Shown: in pieces, positions 44,940-45,404 of the stretch | Layout of the letters: every line of letters begins with the position of its first letter | How positions within the stretch are numbered: position 1 is the first letter of the stretch | From: a virus | Taxonomy: Duplodnaviria > Caudoviricetes | Length of the DNA: 45,404 nt | Strand: one strand, 5' to 3' | IMG/VR virus record: IMGVR_UViG_3300031227_000097 | Coordinates: 1-45,404 of that record | Notes under the pieces: model-generated | The model's database searches: none | Told to the model about the DNA's origin: nothing | What the model saw: the letters and a program-made list of their open reading frames with translations, nothing else | Made by a program: the position numbers and the translations under genes

Positions 44940-45404
44940 TCAGATTATGTTTATTAATTATTTTAGTCTCGCTGTCGGGGTGTTTCACAACGAAGAAGCG
45001 ATGCCTGCGCTTGTACCCTCCGATTTCATCGGTCGATACTGTTGTTAACGAGACTGTCCGGGATTCCTTAGTTATTCGTGACACGACTATTTTTGTAGAT
45101 ATCCCCGGCGAGGCTATTATTGATTCAGTCTTTATTCCTGTTGAAGTTCCTGTCAATTACAAGCCCGATACTTTAATAGTAAAGACAGCGTTTGCAGAAT
45201 CCAAATCATGGATCGAAGGTAATTACTTAAAGACTCTATTGACTCAGTCTGGAAATCTACAAATCAAACTTGATAGTGCTATCCGGGAAAGCTACCTGTG
45301 GCACAATATGTTTCAAGAAATTAATAACAGGGAGGTAGTAAAAGTAAAATTTATACCTCTTATCTATAAGATCGCTCTCGGAGCTATCATAGGACAGTTT
45401 ATTA
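44936..45404 (+). CDS. Unimolecular spanin-like lipoprotein (170 aa when joined to the stop at 432)
   Basis: MIRLCLLIILVSLSGC lipobox; open to the contig end; C-terminal TM in 1-432. Confidence 0.8.
   Translation, partial: MIRLCLLIILVSLSGCFTTKKRCLRLYPPISSVDTVVNETVRDSLVIRDTTIFVDIPGEAIIDSVFIPVEVPVNYKPDTLIVKTAFAESKSWIEGNYLKTLLTQSGNLQIKLDSAIRESYLWHNMFQEINNREVVKVKFIPLIYKIALGAIIGQFI
45017..45404. repeat. Terminal direct repeat copy 2
   Basis: 388-bp near-identical copy of 1-388. Confidence 0.95.

Noticed and set aside
1-45404. Stop-codon reassignment, tRNA genes
   Set aside because: Standard-code ORFs tile the genome densely and end in all three stop codons; no cloverleaf was recognised in the short intergenic gaps

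Overview
This window is an apparently complete, circularly permuted ~45.0-kb tailed-phage genome (siphovirus-like). Bases 1-388 recur at 45017-45404 with about 16 substitutions. The host is probably a member of the Bacteroidota, judged from TTTG-N18/19-TAnnTTTG promoters, AT-rich leaders mostly without Shine-Dalgarno motifs, and D(S/T)x sequons in the spanin. Nearly all genes lie on the + strand. Order: (i) early/replication genes (RHH, DnaA-C HTH, Rad52/Sak-like annealase, RecE-like exonuclease, a self-contained ParB-like cassette, replication initiator, RuvC, HNH, SSB); (ii) a mosaic accessory array at 10.75-13.9 kb built from shared 11-20-bp linkers, containing a PAPS-reductase-family gene; (iii) terminase, then tail genes, then tape measure; (iv) a 7-gene glycan-modification cluster; (v) Clp protease, capsid, tail tube, portal, adaptors and a GH33-like sialidase fibre; (vi) lysis genes ending in a unimolecular spanin that spans the contig ends. 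I found no integrase, DNA polymerase, reverse transcriptase, tRNA or CRISPR array. The most notable signals are the late-operon glycosylation cluster (with a sialyltransferase-like gene in a phage that also carries a sialidase), the linker-built modular proteins, small genes flanked by direct repeats inside the tail operon, a structured leader RNA in front of the ParB-like cassette, and near-total avoidance of CCWGG. All family calls come from motif recognition by eye; no database searches were run.
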